Shown piece after piece: positions 40,500 to 51,944 of a stretch of 56,071 nt of DNA (position 1 is the stretch's first letter; each line of letters begins with the position of its first letter). This stretch comes from an uncultured Prochlorococcus sp. GTDB lineage: Bacteria > Cyanobacteriota > Cyanobacteriia > PCC-6307 > Cyanobiaceae. Location: positions 1 to 56,071 of the forward strand of contig CACLUD010000001.1 of the NCBI GenBank assembly GCA_902609995.1. The letters are read 5' to 3'. The position numbers and the translations under genes are program-made. Under the pieces are notes generated by a model that ran no database searches, was not told the origin of the DNA, and saw nothing but the letters and a program-made list of their open reading frames with translations.

Positions 40500-42239
40500 T
40501 TATTCATCTAAATCAATAATTTCTCCGTTAAAAAAATTTGCTAAATTTTTGGAACTATTATTATAGGATTCTGGATTAGGTTTATTAGTTGGGGAGGGTG
40601 AATTTTGAGAACTATTGCTTTGCTTTTCATTATTGTCATTTAATTTCTTAATTTCTTTATCTTGTAATTTTGCAGTCTTAGTAATATTAATTTTTTTGCT
40701 AGAAAAGTTAAGTTTTACTTTATCCCCAAATACTTTTTTTATAGCATTTTCAATTATTACTTTTCGACTTTTAATCATATTTTCCCAGTTGGGAGATAAT
40801 GCTATTAAAACTTCATTCGAATCAATACTGGCAAGTTCTGCTTGCTGAGAAAGTAGCATTTTTGTTGATGGTAATTCTAATTTGGAAAGAATTAGCTCCC
40901 ACTTTTCTTTTAAATAATCAGTTTGATTATCATTTTTAGAATTTTGGTTAATATCCTGATTATTAATTAATTCTTTCTTATTGAAATTTCCTGATTCCTT
41001 TTGGTTTTTATTATCTTCTGAGATAACTTGTTTATTAATAAATTCTTTCATATTGGAATTTCTTGATTCCTTTTGATTTTTATTATCTTCTGAGATAATT
41101 TGTTTATTAATAAATTCTTTCTTATTAATTATTGTTTTATTGATATTTTCTTCAAGAAGACTTGTTAAGTGTATTTCCAACCATAATCTCGGATTGTCGC
41201 TTGTTTTTATTTGATAATCAACATTCTTCAGCTTGTTATGCCAGTCAATAATTCTGTTCTTACTAATTTTGTTAGACAATTTATTTAATTCATTTTGAAA
41301 TTCAATAGATGTATAGTACATTTCTGAATAATTATTATTTAAAGTTTTAAGTAAAAGGTCTCTAGTAATATTTAATAGTCCAACTAATATCTCATTTGGT
41401 TCATTTCCTGCATCATATAAGTTATTACAACTAATTAATAACGACTCAGGCTCATTATTAATTAATGCATTGATTAAATCAGTCAAATCATTTTCGGATA
41501 CTTCTCCAAGCAAGCTTTGAACATTTTTTGTAGTTACGCCATTAGGAAGAAGACTTAATTGATCTAGTAAACTTTGTGCATCGCGCATTCCACCATTCGA
41601 TCTTTTTGCAATTAGTTTGAGAGCCTGATCTTCAAATTTAATTGATTCTTTATTTGCTATTGCAGAAAGGTTGTGGAAAATAGTATTTGAGCTGATTCTT
41701 TTAAAATCAAATTTCTGACATCTACTTTGAATGGTATTTATGACTCTTTCAGGATTTGTTGTTGCAAGAATAAAAACAACTCTTTCAGGAGGTTCTTCAA
41801 TAGTTTTGAGTAAAGCATTTGATGCAGCTGTTGAAAGCATATGACATTCATCGATAACATATACTTTCCATCTAGCTTGAGTCGGGGCAAATCTTGCTCT
41901 ATCAATTATTTCTCGTATATTTTCAACTCCAGTATTAGATGCGGCATCAATTTCAATAATATCTAGGGCGTTACCTTCCGCAATTTGTATACATAATTCG
42001 CAGTTTCCACATGGATTTGGTGTAGGTTGTTTAGATGATAGACAATTTAATGATTTTGCAAATATTCTCGCACTTGATGTCTTCCCTGTCCCTCTAGGTC
42101 CATTAAAGAGATAAGCAGGTGCAATTTTGTGAGATATTAATGCTTGTTTAAGAGTGATTGATATAAATTCTTGACCAACCAGCTCATCAAGGTTAAGAGG
42201 CCTATATTTTTGATGAAAAGGTTTATGTATATTAAGCAT
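40500..42239 (-). CDS. dnaX: DNA polymerase III subunit gamma/tau
   Basis: KYRP, GPRGTGKT, zinc motif PCGNCELC, EIDAASN, DECHML, SRC and GGMRDA. Confidence 0.96.
   Translation of the reverse strand: MLNIHKPFHQKYRPLNLDELVGQEFISITLKQALISHKIAPAYLFNGPRGTGKTSSARIFAKSLNCLSSKQPTPNPCGNCELCIQIAEGNALDIIEIDAASNTGVENIREIIDRARFAPTQARWKVYVIDECHMLSTAASNALLKTIEEPPERVVFILATTNPERVINTIQSRCQKFDFKRISSNTIFHNLSAIANKESIKFEDQALKLIAKRSNGGMRDAQSLLDQLSLLPNGVTTKNVQSLLGEVSENDLTDLINALINNEPESLLISCNNLYDAGNEPNEILVGLLNITRDLLLKTLNNNYSEMYYTSIEFQNELNKLSNKISKNRIIDWHNKLKNVDYQIKTSDNPRLWLEIHLTSLLEENINKTIINKKEFINKQIISEDNKNQKESRNSNMKEFINKQVISEDNKNQKESGNFNKKELINNQDINQNSKNDNQTDYLKEKWELILSKLELPSTKMLLSQQAELASIDSNEVLIALSPNWENMIKSRKVIIENAIKKVFGDKVKLNFSSKKINITKTAKLQDKEIKKLNDNNEKQSNSSQNSPSPTNKPNPESYNNSSKNLANFFNGEIIDLDE
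40957..41126. repeat. In-frame 72-bp tandem duplication plus a partial third copy in the dnaX linker
   Basis: 40980-41051 and 41052-41123 differ at 5 of 72 positions by manual alignment; partial copy at 40957-40979. Confidence 0.92.
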
Positions 42240-42296
42240 TTATTATTTTTAATTACATTATTAAAGTTGAATTATGGAAAACGATTACTTAAATTT

Positions 42297-43664
42297 TTAT
42301 GCAGATTCTTTAATAATCCTTTGAGATCCTGCTGGAAGTTTAACAATTTTCGACAAGAACAGTTTGTCTACCATTTTTTTCGTAATGGTGAACTCTTTAA
42401 CTTCTTCTTGTGATGGAAGTGTATACATTAAATCAAGCATTAATTCTTCAATTATTGATCTAAGAGCTCTAGCTCCCGTTTTTCTTTTAAAAGCTTCATT
42501 AGCGATTGCTTCCACAGACTCTGGTTCGAAATTTAATTCAACGTTATCCATACTTAATAAAGTTTTAAATTGCTTTACCAGTGCATCTCTTGGTTCTGTA
42601 AGAATTGATTCAAGAGTTTCTTTAGTAAGACGATCTAATACTGCGCATACTGGAATTCTTCCAATGAACTCTGGAATTAATCCATATTTGACTAGATCAT
42701 CTTGTTCTAAATTCTTGAGAGCATCTCGGGAATCAACTATTTTTTTTGCATTTATTTTTCTTTCGTCAGGGTTGGTAGTAAATCCAATTGAATTTTTGCC
42801 TAAACGTTTTTGAACAATATCCTCTAAACCTATAAATGCACCTCCACATATAAATAAAATCTGGCTTGTATCGATTTGGATACAGTCATGGTTGGGGTGT
42901 TTTCTTCCTCCTTGTGGTGGAACATTGGCAATTGTTCCTTCAAGCATTTTTAATAATGCTTGTTGAACTCCTTCCCCAGATACATCTCTTGTAATTGATG
43001 GGTTTTCACTCTTTCTAGCGATCTTGTCTATTTCATCAATATATATGATCCCCTTTTGAGCTAAATCCACATTCATTTCTGACTTTTGTAGAAGTCTCAA
43101 GAGGATATTTTCAACATCTTCGCCAACATATCCAGCTTCGGTAAGACTTGTTGCATCAGCTACTGCAAAAGGAACATCAAGAAATTCAGCTAAAGTTTGT
43201 GCTAATAATGTTTTGCCACTTCCAGTTGGGCCAATTAGTAAGATGTTTGATTTTTGTAGTTTAGTTGCTTGTAAATCATTAGAATTATTTTCTTTATTTT
43301 CTTCTTTTAATCTCCAAGCTAGTCTTTTATAGTGATTATAAACAGCAACTGATAGTATCTTTTTTGCAGATTCTTGACCTACAACTTGGTTATCAAGAAA
43401 AGTTTTAATTTCAAGTGGTTTGGGGATAGAAGTTAATTCTAAAGGAATAGATTTATCAGAATTATTAGTTGGTAATTTTTTCTTTACTTGAGGTGAGTTA
43501 TTGATTTTTGCTTGAGTATCAATTAATTCTTCATCAAGAATTTCATTACAAAGGTCTATGCATTCATCACAAATATAAACCCCCGGACCAGCTATAAGTT
43601 TTCTAACTTGATCTTGTGATTTACCACAAAAAGAACATTTTAGATGGGCGTCGAATTTAGCCAT
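42297..43664 (-). CDS. clpX: ATP-dependent Clp protease ATPase subunit
   Basis: C4 zinc finger [27 protein letters not shown] and the IGF loop. Confidence 0.98.
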   Translation of the reverse strand: MAKFDAHLKCSFCGKSQDQVRKLIAGPGVYICDECIDLCNEILDEELIDTQAKINNSPQVKKKLPTNNSDKSIPLELTSIPKPLEIKTFLDNQVVGQESAKKILSVAVYNHYKRLAWRLKEENKENNSNDLQATKLQKSNILLIGPTGSGKTLLAQTLAEFLDVPFAVADATSLTEAGYVGEDVENILLRLLQKSEMNVDLAQKGIIYIDEIDKIARKSENPSITRDVSGEGVQQALLKMLEGTIANVPPQGGRKHPNHDCIQIDTSQILFICGGAFIGLEDIVQKRLGKNSIGFTTNPDERKINAKKIVDSRDALKNLEQDDLVKYGLIPEFIGRIPVCAVLDRLTKETLESILTEPRDALVKQFKTLLSMDNVELNFEPESVEAIANEAFKRKTGARALRSIIEELMLDLMYTLPSQEEVKEFTITKKMVDKLFLSKIVKLPAGSQRIIKESA

Positions 43665-43767
43665 CGTTAATCAAAGCTTGTGTAGAATAAAAAAAGGTTA
43701 AATATCCCTTACTTATTAGGATTGCTTATAAAATTGGATTCGTCATCATATTCTTAAAATATTGCTT

Positions 43768-44418
43768 TTACTTGTCATTTTTTATGACCTTATCAATTAG
43801 TCCATATTCAACTGCTTCTACAGGTGATAGAAAATAGTCTCTTTCAGTATCTTCATTAATTTTTTCTAAAGATTGATTTGTATGTTCTGCTAAAAGAGAA
43901 TTTAGTGTTTTTTTGAGAAATAGTATTTCTTTTGCTTGTATCTCAATTTCAACTGCTTGGCCTTGAGCACCTCCAAGTGGCTGGTGAATCATTATTCTCG
44001 AATTAGGTAAAGCTAACCTTTTTCCTTTCGCCCCCCCACTAAGAAGGAATGCCCCCATACTTGCAGCTACACCAAAACAGATTGTTACAACGTCTGGAGA
44101 GATTTGTTGCATCGTATCGTATATAGCTAATCCAGCAGTAACAGAACCACCAGGAGAATTAATATATATTTGTATGTCTTTGTCAGGATCTTCTGCTTCT
44201 AGAAATAATAATTGTGCAACTAATGAATCTGATACTTGATCATTAATCCCGGTACCTAAAAATATTATTCTTTCCCTTAATAATCTTGAATAAATATCAA
44301 ATGCTCTTTCTCCTCTTCCAGATTGTTCTACTACTGTAGGAACAGCAGATCTCGATTTATCAATAACATCGCGAGAATTTATTGAGCTTTGGATTAAATG
44401 TTTTTTTTCAGAATACAC
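43768..44418 (-). CDS. clpP: Clp protease proteolytic subunit
   Basis: DIYSRLL, INSPGG; catalytic triad in AASMG, MIHQP and RDYF. Confidence 0.96.
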   Translation of the reverse strand: MYSEKKHLIQSSINSRDVIDKSRSAVPTVVEQSGRGERAFDIYSRLLRERIIFLGTGINDQVSDSLVAQLLFLEAEDPDKDIQIYINSPGGSVTAGLAIYDTMQQISPDVVTICFGVAASMGAFLLSGGAKGKRLALPNSRIMIHQPLGGAQGQAVEIEIQAKEILFLKKTLNSLLAEHTNQSLEKINEDTERDYFLSPVEAVEYGLIDKVIKNDK

Positions 44419-44482
44419 TTAGTTAGTCTCTTTTTTATATAATTTAAGGGTTTTTTTGGTGAATAGTTAAATTTTTTATAAA

Positions 44483-45904
44483 TTAATTTTTTTCTTTTTT
44501 ATTTACCTTGGGTTTTCTTTTAGTTTGAACACCTTTTTTTGAAGTTGCTTTTGTGGTCGCTTTTGTGGTTAATTTTGTTGCTTTTTCATTTATTTCTTTT
44601 ACTGCTGAATTTTCTTCAAGCCAAGTGATTAACTTTTCTTGTAGGAGATCTTTGTGAATTACATCTTTTAATTTCTGAATGTCAATTTGTTTTGGCGATT
44701 TAGAAATTTCATCTTCATATTCCTTCATTTTTTGATCTATTTCTTCATCCTCGACTGTGATTTTTTCACTTTCTGATAATGCTTTTAAAGCTAAATTTCT
44801 TTGAACATTTTTTTCAGCTTGAGGACGAGTTGATTCTGCTAAAGATTTCACTAATTCTGGAGTAAACGTTGATTTAATATCCATACCTTGTTGAGCAAAT
44901 CTTTGCGCTTGTTGTTCAATATTATTTCTAACTTCAATATCAATCATTGCTTTTGGAATTTCGGCATCTAACTCTTTGGATAGTGCATCCATTAAAGCTT
45001 CAACTTTTATATTTTTTTGAATATTATCAAAATTCTCCTTTAGTTGTTTTTCTATATCTTTTTTTAGTTCTTTTAATGAATCTTTATTTCCAGATTGTTT
45101 TGCAAAATCATCATTAAGTTCAGGCAATTCTTTTTCTTTAAGATCTTTAAGATTTACTTCAAAAATTGCTTCTTTACCTCTGGAATCTTCATGAGAATAG
45201 TCTTCAGGAAATCTTAGGGTAAGAGTTTTATTATCATCAATTTTCATACCAACAATTCCCTCAACGAAGCCTGGAATCATTTTGTTCTTTTCTAATTCAA
45301 GATCCATTGAATCACTAGATCCCCCGTCGATTTCTTTTTTGGAATCTTTGTAAATACCTTTGAAACTGACTACCGCGATGTCTCCTAACTTAGCAGGCCT
45401 ATTATTAACTGGAATAATATTTGCTAATTGATTTCTTGATTTTTCTAAAGCTTCATCTATGGATTTGGGGTCAAACTTACTTTTTTTAATTTCAACTGAT
45501 AGACCTTTTGATTTTTTTAATTTTAATTCGGGTGCAATATCAGTTTGTAGAGTAATTTTTAAAGGTTTTTCCGGATTAAAAATTTTTAGTATTGATTCAA
45601 ATCCATCAACTAATTCTGGTTCACTTAGTGGCTCTATTGATTCCATCTTCAAAGCCTGGTTCCAAGATTTATCAATTATTTTTTCTAGGGCAGAGGCATG
45701 TAGTTGAGTAATACCGATTCGTTGTATTAATACTTGTTTTGGAATTTTGCCAAGTCTAAATCCAGGAATTTTGGCCGAACGACTAATTGAATTTATTGTC
45801 TCATTTACACATGATTTGCATGTATTAGATGGTATTTCTAATTCAAGTGCAACTCTACTTTGTGGTAGTGCGGTTGTTTTTACTATTAATTCTTCTTTAA
45901 TCAT
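44483..45904 (-). CDS. tig: Trigger factor
   Basis: IPGFRLGKIP ribosome-binding loop, FKBP domain (MIPGFVEGIVGM, FPEDY); tig-clpP-clpX order. Confidence 0.95.
   Translation of the reverse strand: MIKEELIVKTTALPQSRVALELEIPSNTCKSCVNETINSISRSAKIPGFRLGKIPKQVLIQRIGITQLHASALEKIIDKSWNQALKMESIEPLSEPELVDGFESILKIFNPEKPLKITLQTDIAPELKLKKSKGLSVEIKKSKFDPKSIDEALEKSRNQLANIIPVNNRPAKLGDIAVVSFKGIYKDSKKEIDGGSSDSMDLELEKNKMIPGFVEGIVGMKIDDNKTLTLRFPEDYSHEDSRGKEAIFEVNLKDLKEKELPELNDDFAKQSGNKDSLKELKKDIEKQLKENFDNIQKNIKVEALMDALSKELDAEIPKAMIDIEVRNNIEQQAQRFAQQGMDIKSTFTPELVKSLAESTRPQAEKNVQRNLALKALSESEKITVEDEEIDQKMKEYEDEISKSPKQIDIQKLKDVIHKDLLQEKLITWLEENSAVKEINEKATKLTTKATTKATSKKGVQTKRKPKVNKKEKN
44547..44570. repeat. 12-bp tandem repeat in the tig 3' tail
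   Basis: gcttttgtggtc followed by gcttttgtggtt; encodes TTKA-TTKA on the - strand. Confidence 0.6.
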
Positions 45905-46031
45905 GTTTGAGTTTTTAAAATTATTACAATAGGCAGAATCTTAATTATTCCACATTAAGTGATTTCCTTGAAGTTAACTTTTTTGATACAGTAAGAAAAA
46001 TATTAAATCCTATAATTTTTTAATTCATATA

Positions 46032-47063
46032 GTGAGAAATTCTCCTTTTTTGCCAAATAGACCATTAAAAGTAGCTGTTTTAGGTTCTTCAGGTGCTGTT
46101 GGATCTGAACTACTTAAAATTCTAGAAGAAAGAGATTTTCCTATCTCAGAATTAGTTTTGCTTTCATCTCAGCGGTCAGAAGGGAAAATAGTCAAATGGA
46201 AAGGAGAAGAAATTATTACTAAAAAAACTTCAAAAGAAGAATTTTTGAATGTTGATTTAGTTCTTGCTTCCGCAGGTGGAAGTATTTCAAAACAATGGTT
46301 ATCTACAGTTAAAGATCAAAATGCTGTACTAATTGATAATTCAAGTGCATTCAGATTAGAAAATGATGTTCCTCTTGTTGTTCCGGAAGTAAATGCTTCA
46401 GAAGCTTTAAAGCATAATGGTGTTATCGCTAATCCGAATTGCACAACAATATTACTGACTTTAGTTTTAGCTCCTTTGAATAAAATTTCTCCGATTAAAA
46501 GAGTAATCGTTTCAACTTATCAATCGGTAAGTGGAGCTGGTCAATTAGCAATGGAGGAATTACAGTTTTTAACTAAGAAATATTTGCAGGGAGATCCGAA
46601 AGAAAGTGAAGTCTTACCATATTCCTTAGCATTTAATCTTTTTCTACATAATTCACCAATGCTTTCAAATAATTACTGCGAAGAAGAGATGAAAATGATA
46701 AATGAAACTCGCAAAATACTAAATATTACTGATTTAAAATTGTCTTCAACATGCGTTCGAGTTCCCGTTCTTAGAGCTCATTCTGAATCAGTTAATGTTG
46801 AATTTGATGATGTTATCAAACCTTCTTATGCTTTTAATCAATTGAAAAAAGCTAAAGGTTTAGAAATAATAGAAGATTATGAAAAAAATAGGTTCCCGAT
46901 GCCAAATGATGTGATGGGAAGAGATAATATTGCGGTAGGAAGAATAAGAACTGATATTAGTAATTCTAATGGATTAGAATTATGGTTATGTGGAGATCAA
47001 ATAAGGAAAGGCGCAGCACTTAATGCTGTTCAAATAGCAGAATTATTAATTGCAAAAAAATGA
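46032..47063 (+). CDS. asd: Aspartate-semialdehyde dehydrogenase
   Basis: [39 protein letters not shown] and [11 protein letters not shown]. Confidence 0.97.
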   Translation: MRNSPFLPNRPLKVAVLGSSGAVGSELLKILEERDFPISELVLLSSQRSEGKIVKWKGEEIITKKTSKEEFLNVDLVLASAGGSISKQWLSTVKDQNAVLIDNSSAFRLENDVPLVVPEVNASEALKHNGVIANPNCTTILLTLVLAPLNKISPIKRVIVSTYQSVSGAGQLAMEELQFLTKKYLQGDPKESEVLPYSLAFNLFLHNSPMLSNNYCEEEMKMINETRKILNITDLKLSSTCVRVPVLRAHSESVNVEFDDVIKPSYAFNQLKKAKGLEIIEDYEKNRFPMPNDVMGRDNIAVGRIRTDISNSNGLELWLCGDQIRKGAALNAVQIAELLIAKK

Positions 47064-47968
47064 TTCCCAACAATACTAATTTTTCTAATCCATTATTCGG
47101 AAGAATTTTGACAGCTATGGTTACTCCATTTAAAAAAAATGGTGCAGTTGATTATGAATTAGCTATTAAACTTTCTAATTACCTTTGTGAAAATGGCTCT
47201 GATGGAATTGTGCTTTGTGGGACCACAGGAGAGTCTCCAACTCTTACATGGGCTGAACAACATAATTTGTTTGTTGCAGTAAAAGGTTCTTTAAATTCTA
47301 GATCTAAAGTGATTGTTGGCACAGGTAGTAACTGTACTAGTGAGGCTATAGAAGCTACCCAAAAAGCTTATGAATTTGGTGCGGATGGTGCTTTAGTTGT
47401 TGTCCCTTACTACAATAAGCCCCCTCAAGAAGGTCTTTATAAACACTTTAGTTCTATAGCTAATGCAGCTAGTGATTTACCTTTAATGTTGTATAACATT
47501 CCTGGAAGAACTGGTTGTAATTTATTACCCACCACTGTAAATAAACTTATGAATTTCCCAAATATTCTCAGTATTAAAGCAGCAAGCGGTAGAATAGAAG
47601 AAGTGACAGAGTTAAGGGCGGCGTGCGGCTCTAAACTTTCAATATATAGTGGCGATGATTCATTGTTGCTTCCTATGTTATCTGTTGGTGCTGTTGGTGT
47701 AGTAAGCGTAGCTAGCCACATCGTTGGGTTGCAGCTTAAAACTATGATTGAATCATTTCAAAAAGGTGAAATATCTATTGCTCTTGATATTCATGAAAAA
47801 CTGCAACCACTTTTCAAGGCACTCTTTGAAACGACAAATCCAATTCCCATCAAAGCAGCTTTAGAACTACGAGGTTGGCAAGTTGGTTCTCCTAGGAATC
47901 CATTAACGCCTCTTATTAAAGAAAAGAAAGAAAGCTTACTTCAGATAATTCAAAATCTGTCTTTGTAA
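47060..47968 (+). CDS. dapA: 4-hydroxy-tetrahydrodipicolinate synthase
   Basis: [32 protein letters not shown] and NPIPIK. Confidence 0.97.
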   Translation: MIPNNTNFSNPLFGRILTAMVTPFKKNGAVDYELAIKLSNYLCENGSDGIVLCGTTGESPTLTWAEQHNLFVAVKGSLNSRSKVIVGTGSNCTSEAIEATQKAYEFGADGALVVVPYYNKPPQEGLYKHFSSIANAASDLPLMLYNIPGRTGCNLLPTTVNKLMNFPNILSIKAASGRIEEVTELRAACGSKLSIYSGDDSLLLPMLSVGAVGVVSVASHIVGLQLKTMIESFQKGEISIALDIHEKLQPLFKALFETTNPIPIKAALELRGWQVGSPRNPLTPLIKEKKESLLQIIQNLSL

Positions 47969-48043
47969 ATACTTTTTTTAACGCTTTAATAAAGTTACTT
48001 TGACTTTAATTACCACATTTTAGCTTGTTAAAATACTTTTATT

Positions 48044-50047
48044 ATGAATTCAAATCAAATCAAATCAAATAATACTCAAACCTTATCTCAAACAAAAAGA
48101 TCAAATGAACCTGCTTTAAAAATTATTCCATTAGGGGGTCTTCATGAAATAGGTAAAAATACATGTGTTTTTGAATACCAAGATGACATCATTTTAATAG
48201 ATGGGGGACTCGCTTTTCCAAGTGATGGCATGCATGGTGTGAATGTTGTTATGCCTGATACATCCTATTTGCAAGCTAACTTAAATAGATTTCGTGGAAT
48301 GATAGTAACCCATGGTCACGAAGACCATATTGGTGGAATTTCTCATCATTTAAAGAAATTTAATATTCCTGTGATTTATGGCCCACCTTTAGCGATATCA
48401 ATGCTTAAAGGAAAAATGGAAGAAGCAGGCGTGGCCGATAGGACAACAACACAGACTATAGAACCAAGGCAAGTTGTCAAACTTGGCCAGCATTTTTCAT
48501 TAGAATTTATACGTAATACTCACTCAATTGGCGATAGTTTTTCTTTAGCTCTAACTACTCCAGTAGGTGTTGTTTTCTTTACTGGGGACTTTAAATTTGA
48601 TCATCTGCCCCCTGATAACAAACATGCTGATATTGAAAGGATGGCATTTTATGGAGAGAAGGGTGTTCTTTGCTTACTCTCGGACTCTACAAATTCTGAA
48701 GTAAAGGGTTTTGTTCCTTCAGAAATTTCTGTTTTTCCAAATTTAGATCGAATAATATCTGAAGCCAAAGGTAGAGTTATGCTTACCACTTTTGCAAGTT
48801 CAACCCATAGAGTTGCGATGGTGATTCAATTAGCAATGAAGCATGGACGTAAAATTGGATTAATGGGACGATCAATGCTAAATGTTGTTGGTAAATGTCG
48901 TGAATTAGGCTATATAAAATGTCCTGATGATCTCTTTTTCCCAATTAAAAGCATTAGAGATTTACATGATAGAGAAACCCTACTATTAATGACAGGTAGT
49001 CAAGGAGAGGTAATGGCTGCATTAAGTAGGATCGGAAGAGATGAACATCCACACGTTAAACTCAAAACTACTGATACAGTAATTTTTTCTTCCAGTCCAA
49101 TTCCAGGAAATACAATTTCTGTAGTGCACAGTATTGATAGATTAATTAAATTAGGAGCTAATGTTATTTATGGTAAAGAACATGGAATTCATGTTTCTGG
49201 TCATGGATGTAGAGATGATCAAAGATTGATGCTAGCGTTAATTAAACCAAAGTTTTTTGTTCCAGTACATGGCGAATATAGAATGCAAGTTTTGCATGGT
49301 AAAACCGCTGAATCGATGGGCGTAGATCCCAATAATATACTCATCCTTGATAATGGAGACACAATTGAGCTAAGAGCTGATTCAATGATTCAAGGAGATC
49401 CAGTAAAGTCTGGAATTGAAATGCTGGATAATACAAGGACTTGTGTGGTAGATGCAAGAGCTCTAAAAGAGAGACAGCAGTTAGCAGATGATGGAATAGT
49501 TACTGTTTTAGCCCCTATAAGTACGGATGGAAATATGGTAGCTCCACCACGAGTAAGTTTAAGAGGAGTAGTAATATCAGCTGATCCAAGAAAAATGTCA
49601 ATGTGGACTGAAAGGGAGATAAATTGGGTACTAGAAAACCGCTGGAAACAATTATCAAGACAAACCAGTCCCAATAGTTTTGAAGTTGATTGGATTGGGG
49701 TCCAAAGAGAGATTGAAAATGGTTTAACTAGAAGAATGCGTAGAGAATTACAAGTAGAGCCATTAATTCTATGCTTAGCTCAACCTGCACCAAGCGGAAC
49801 CCGAGCTTATAAACCTCAAATAGTTAATGAGCAAAATCAGCATCCAAAAAATAAACATTATCCAAATGTTAATAATCAAAATATAAACCGCAATCAAAAT
49901 AATTATAAAAATAATCCATCAGCTAGAAATACAAATCAAGTAAACAATAATCAATCTGTAAAAGATTCTGTTAAAACTCCAGTAGCTAAGACAGAGGAGG
50001 CACCTGCAGGTAGGACTAGAAGAAGGAGATCTGCAGTATCAAACTAG
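48044..50047 (+). CDS. rnj: Ribonuclease J
   Basis: PLGGLHEIGKN, THGHEDHIGG, TGDFK, GSQGE, HVSGH and PVHGE; long low-complexity C-terminal tail. Confidence 0.95.
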   Translation: MNSNQIKSNNTQTLSQTKRSNEPALKIIPLGGLHEIGKNTCVFEYQDDIILIDGGLAFPSDGMHGVNVVMPDTSYLQANLNRFRGMIVTHGHEDHIGGISHHLKKFNIPVIYGPPLAISMLKGKMEEAGVADRTTTQTIEPRQVVKLGQHFSLEFIRNTHSIGDSFSLALTTPVGVVFFTGDFKFDHLPPDNKHADIERMAFYGEKGVLCLLSDSTNSEVKGFVPSEISVFPNLDRIISEAKGRVMLTTFASSTHRVAMVIQLAMKHGRKIGLMGRSMLNVVGKCRELGYIKCPDDLFFPIKSIRDLHDRETLLLMTGSQGEVMAALSRIGRDEHPHVKLKTTDTVIFSSSPIPGNTISVVHSIDRLIKLGANVIYGKEHGIHVSGHGCRDDQRLMLALIKPKFFVPVHGEYRMQVLHGKTAESMGVDPNNILILDNGDTIELRADSMIQGDPVKSGIEMLDNTRTCVVDARALKERQQLADDGIVTVLAPISTDGNMVAPPRVSLRGVVISADPRKMSMWTEREINWVLENRWKQLSRQTSPNSFEVDWIGVQREIENGLTRRMRRELQVEPLILCLAQPAPSGTRAYKPQIVNEQNQHPKNKHYPNVNNQNINRNQNNYKNNPSARNTNQVNNNQSVKDSVKTPVAKTEEAPAGRTRRRRSAVSN

Positions 50048-51054
50048 TTTTTTTCTAGATTTATATAGTCCTTATTCCAAACAATCTCAAATCCATCTGG
50101 TAAATCTATTTTGCCTCTATCTTTCTCAAGAATTGAAGAAGCTAAATGAGTTAAATTTTTTGAGCTTAATTGTTTTGTACAATCCTTCTTTAGAAAAGTA
50201 TTTAAAATAGTGCATCTTGCTTCAATGCATAAGCTATTTAATAATTCCCTCTTTACACCAGTTGCATCTTCACAATAAAGGGATGCAAGCTTACTGAGAT
50301 CATTTTGCTCATTCTTATAATTGCTCATTTTTTCTGCAAAACTATTTATCCTTTTAGAACAACCAGGATACATAGTTTCTAAAATAGGAATAATTTCTTT
50401 TCTGACAATATTTCTCTTAATTGTTAGATCGCAGTTAGTTGGGTCTTCCCAAACAGGAATGTTTTGAAGTTGGCAAAACTTCTTGGTATCTTCTCTAGAG
50501 AATATCAATAATGGTCTTATTAAAAAAATGTGATGTTTAAGTAATCTTTTTTTGTTGATATAGCTAAGTCCTGCATAATTGCTTCCTCTAGCTAAATTTA
50601 ATAAAAATGTTTCTGCATTATCTGTATTCGTGTGACCCGTTAATAAGTAAATATCAGTTTCCTTTTGGTTCTCAATTAATAATTGATTTGCCCTTTCACT
50701 TAATTTCTTGTATCTCCAATCTCTTGCTTTTTCTTCAGAAGAAATATTATTTTTATTTGCTTGATCAAAAAAAAATGAAATATTTTTTTTATTACAGTAA
50801 CTTTTCAATTCAAGTGCATATTTCGCTGATTCTTCATGCCATTGATGATCTCCATGCCAAACATTCACAAACCAATTATGTTGCGTTTTCATATCGTTGA
50901 TTAAGTTCAATAAAGCCATCGAATCTTGTCCTCCAGAAACTGCTATTAATAGATTTGCTCCATCAGGAATTAATGTTTTATTCCCCAATATTTCTTTGTG
51001 CAGGAGATGATGCCAGGATGTCCAATTTTTTTGCGACGAAATTTTATCAGACAT
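50044..51054 (-). CDS. tilS: tRNA(Ile)-lysidine synthetase
   Basis: AVSGGQDS, EEKARDWRY, GHTNTDNAET, IRPLL, EDPTN and RNIVR. Confidence 0.92.
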   Translation of the reverse strand: MSDKISSQKNWTSWHHLLHKEILGNKTLIPDGANLLIAVSGGQDSMALLNLINDMKTQHNWFVNVWHGDHQWHEESAKYALELKSYCNKKNISFFFDQANKNNISSEEKARDWRYKKLSERANQLLIENQKETDIYLLTGHTNTDNAETFLLNLARGSNYAGLSYINKKRLLKHHIFLIRPLLIFSREDTKKFCQLQNIPVWEDPTNCDLTIKRNIVRKEIIPILETMYPGCSKRINSFAEKMSNYKNEQNDLSKLASLYCEDATGVKRELLNSLCIEARCTILNTFLKKDCTKQLSSKNLTHLASSILEKDRGKIDLPDGFEIVWNKDYINLEKN

Positions 51055-51139
51055 ATTGTTTAACTCAGATAATATTTTTTTAAAAATTCACTGTTTTAAT
51101 AAAACAATGTCACAATCAGGTAATAAATTCATCAAATCT

Positions 51140-51916
51140 ATGAGTCTGATTAATCTTTTGCCACAAAAAATTCAAGAAGAGCTTAGCAGTAAATCTTTAC
51201 TCAAAGTTATTTCAGGATTAAGTAATTTTGAAACCCAAACTGTTAATAAAATTGTAGAAGCAGCCTCGATGGGCGGAGCCGATTTAATTGACATAGCTTG
51301 TAAACCTGAATTAGTTGAATCCGCGATTGGGATTTCACCATTACCAATTTGCGTAAGTTCCGTAGAGCCTAAGTCTTTTATAAATTCAGTTAAGGCAGGA
51401 GCTTCTTTAATAGAAATAGGTAATTACGATAGTTTTTATGACCAAGGAATTACTTTTTCGGAGGAGAAAATTTTAAATCTTACAAAAGAAACTAAAGATC
51501 TTTTACCTAATATTCCTCTATCAGTGACAGTTCCACATAATATGCCTATTGATAAACAAGTAGATCTTGCAATTAAATTAGTTTTTGAAGGCGCTGATAT
51601 TATTCAAACTGAAGGAGGCAAAAGTTCTAACCCATATAGTTCAGGAATTCAAGGATTATTAGAAAAGTCAGTACCTACTTTGGCGGCTACTTTTGCAATA
51701 TTCAAGGAATTCGAGAAACAGTCTATTAATATTCCTATCATGAGTGCTTCAGGTTTAAGTGAGGTAACATGTCCTTTGGCAGTATCATGTGGAGCTTCTG
51801 CAGTCGGAGTTGGATCTGTAGTAAATAAATTAGATGATTTAATATCAATGGTTGCTGTTGTTAGGGGCCTAAAAGAATCTTTGAAAAATTCAATAATTAA
51901 AGAAAAAGTTTCCTAA
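51140..51916 (+). CDS. ycf23: DUF561 / Ycf23 family TIM-barrel protein (start placed at ATG 51140; ORF extends to 51056)
   Basis: LKVISGLSNF, PICVSS, IEIGNYD, SVTVPH, IQTEGG, SASGL and GVGS. Confidence 0.8.
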   Translation: MSLINLLPQKIQEELSSKSLLKVISGLSNFETQTVNKIVEAASMGGADLIDIACKPELVESAIGISPLPICVSSVEPKSFINSVKAGASLIEIGNYDSFYDQGITFSEEKILNLTKETKDLLPNIPLSVTVPHNMPIDKQVDLAIKLVFEGADIIQTEGGKSSNPYSSGIQGLLEKSVPTLAATFAIFKEFEKQSINIPIMSASGLSEVTCPLAVSCGASAVGVGSVVNKLDDLISMVAVVRGLKESLKNSIIKEKVS

Positions 51917-51944
51917 GATATAAGAATCTTAAGTTATTAGATGA

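Noticed and set aside
40730-40745. Programmed -1 frameshift in dnaX (A AAA AAA run)
   Set aside because: The run is far downstream of the expected gamma/tau boundary, I see no stimulatory hairpin, and A-runs are ubiquitous at this base composition.
47985-48012. Hairpin AAAGTTA-CTT-TGACTTT between dapA and rnj as a terminator
   Set aside because: The stem is AU-rich with a G-U pair and has no following U-tract; too weak to call.
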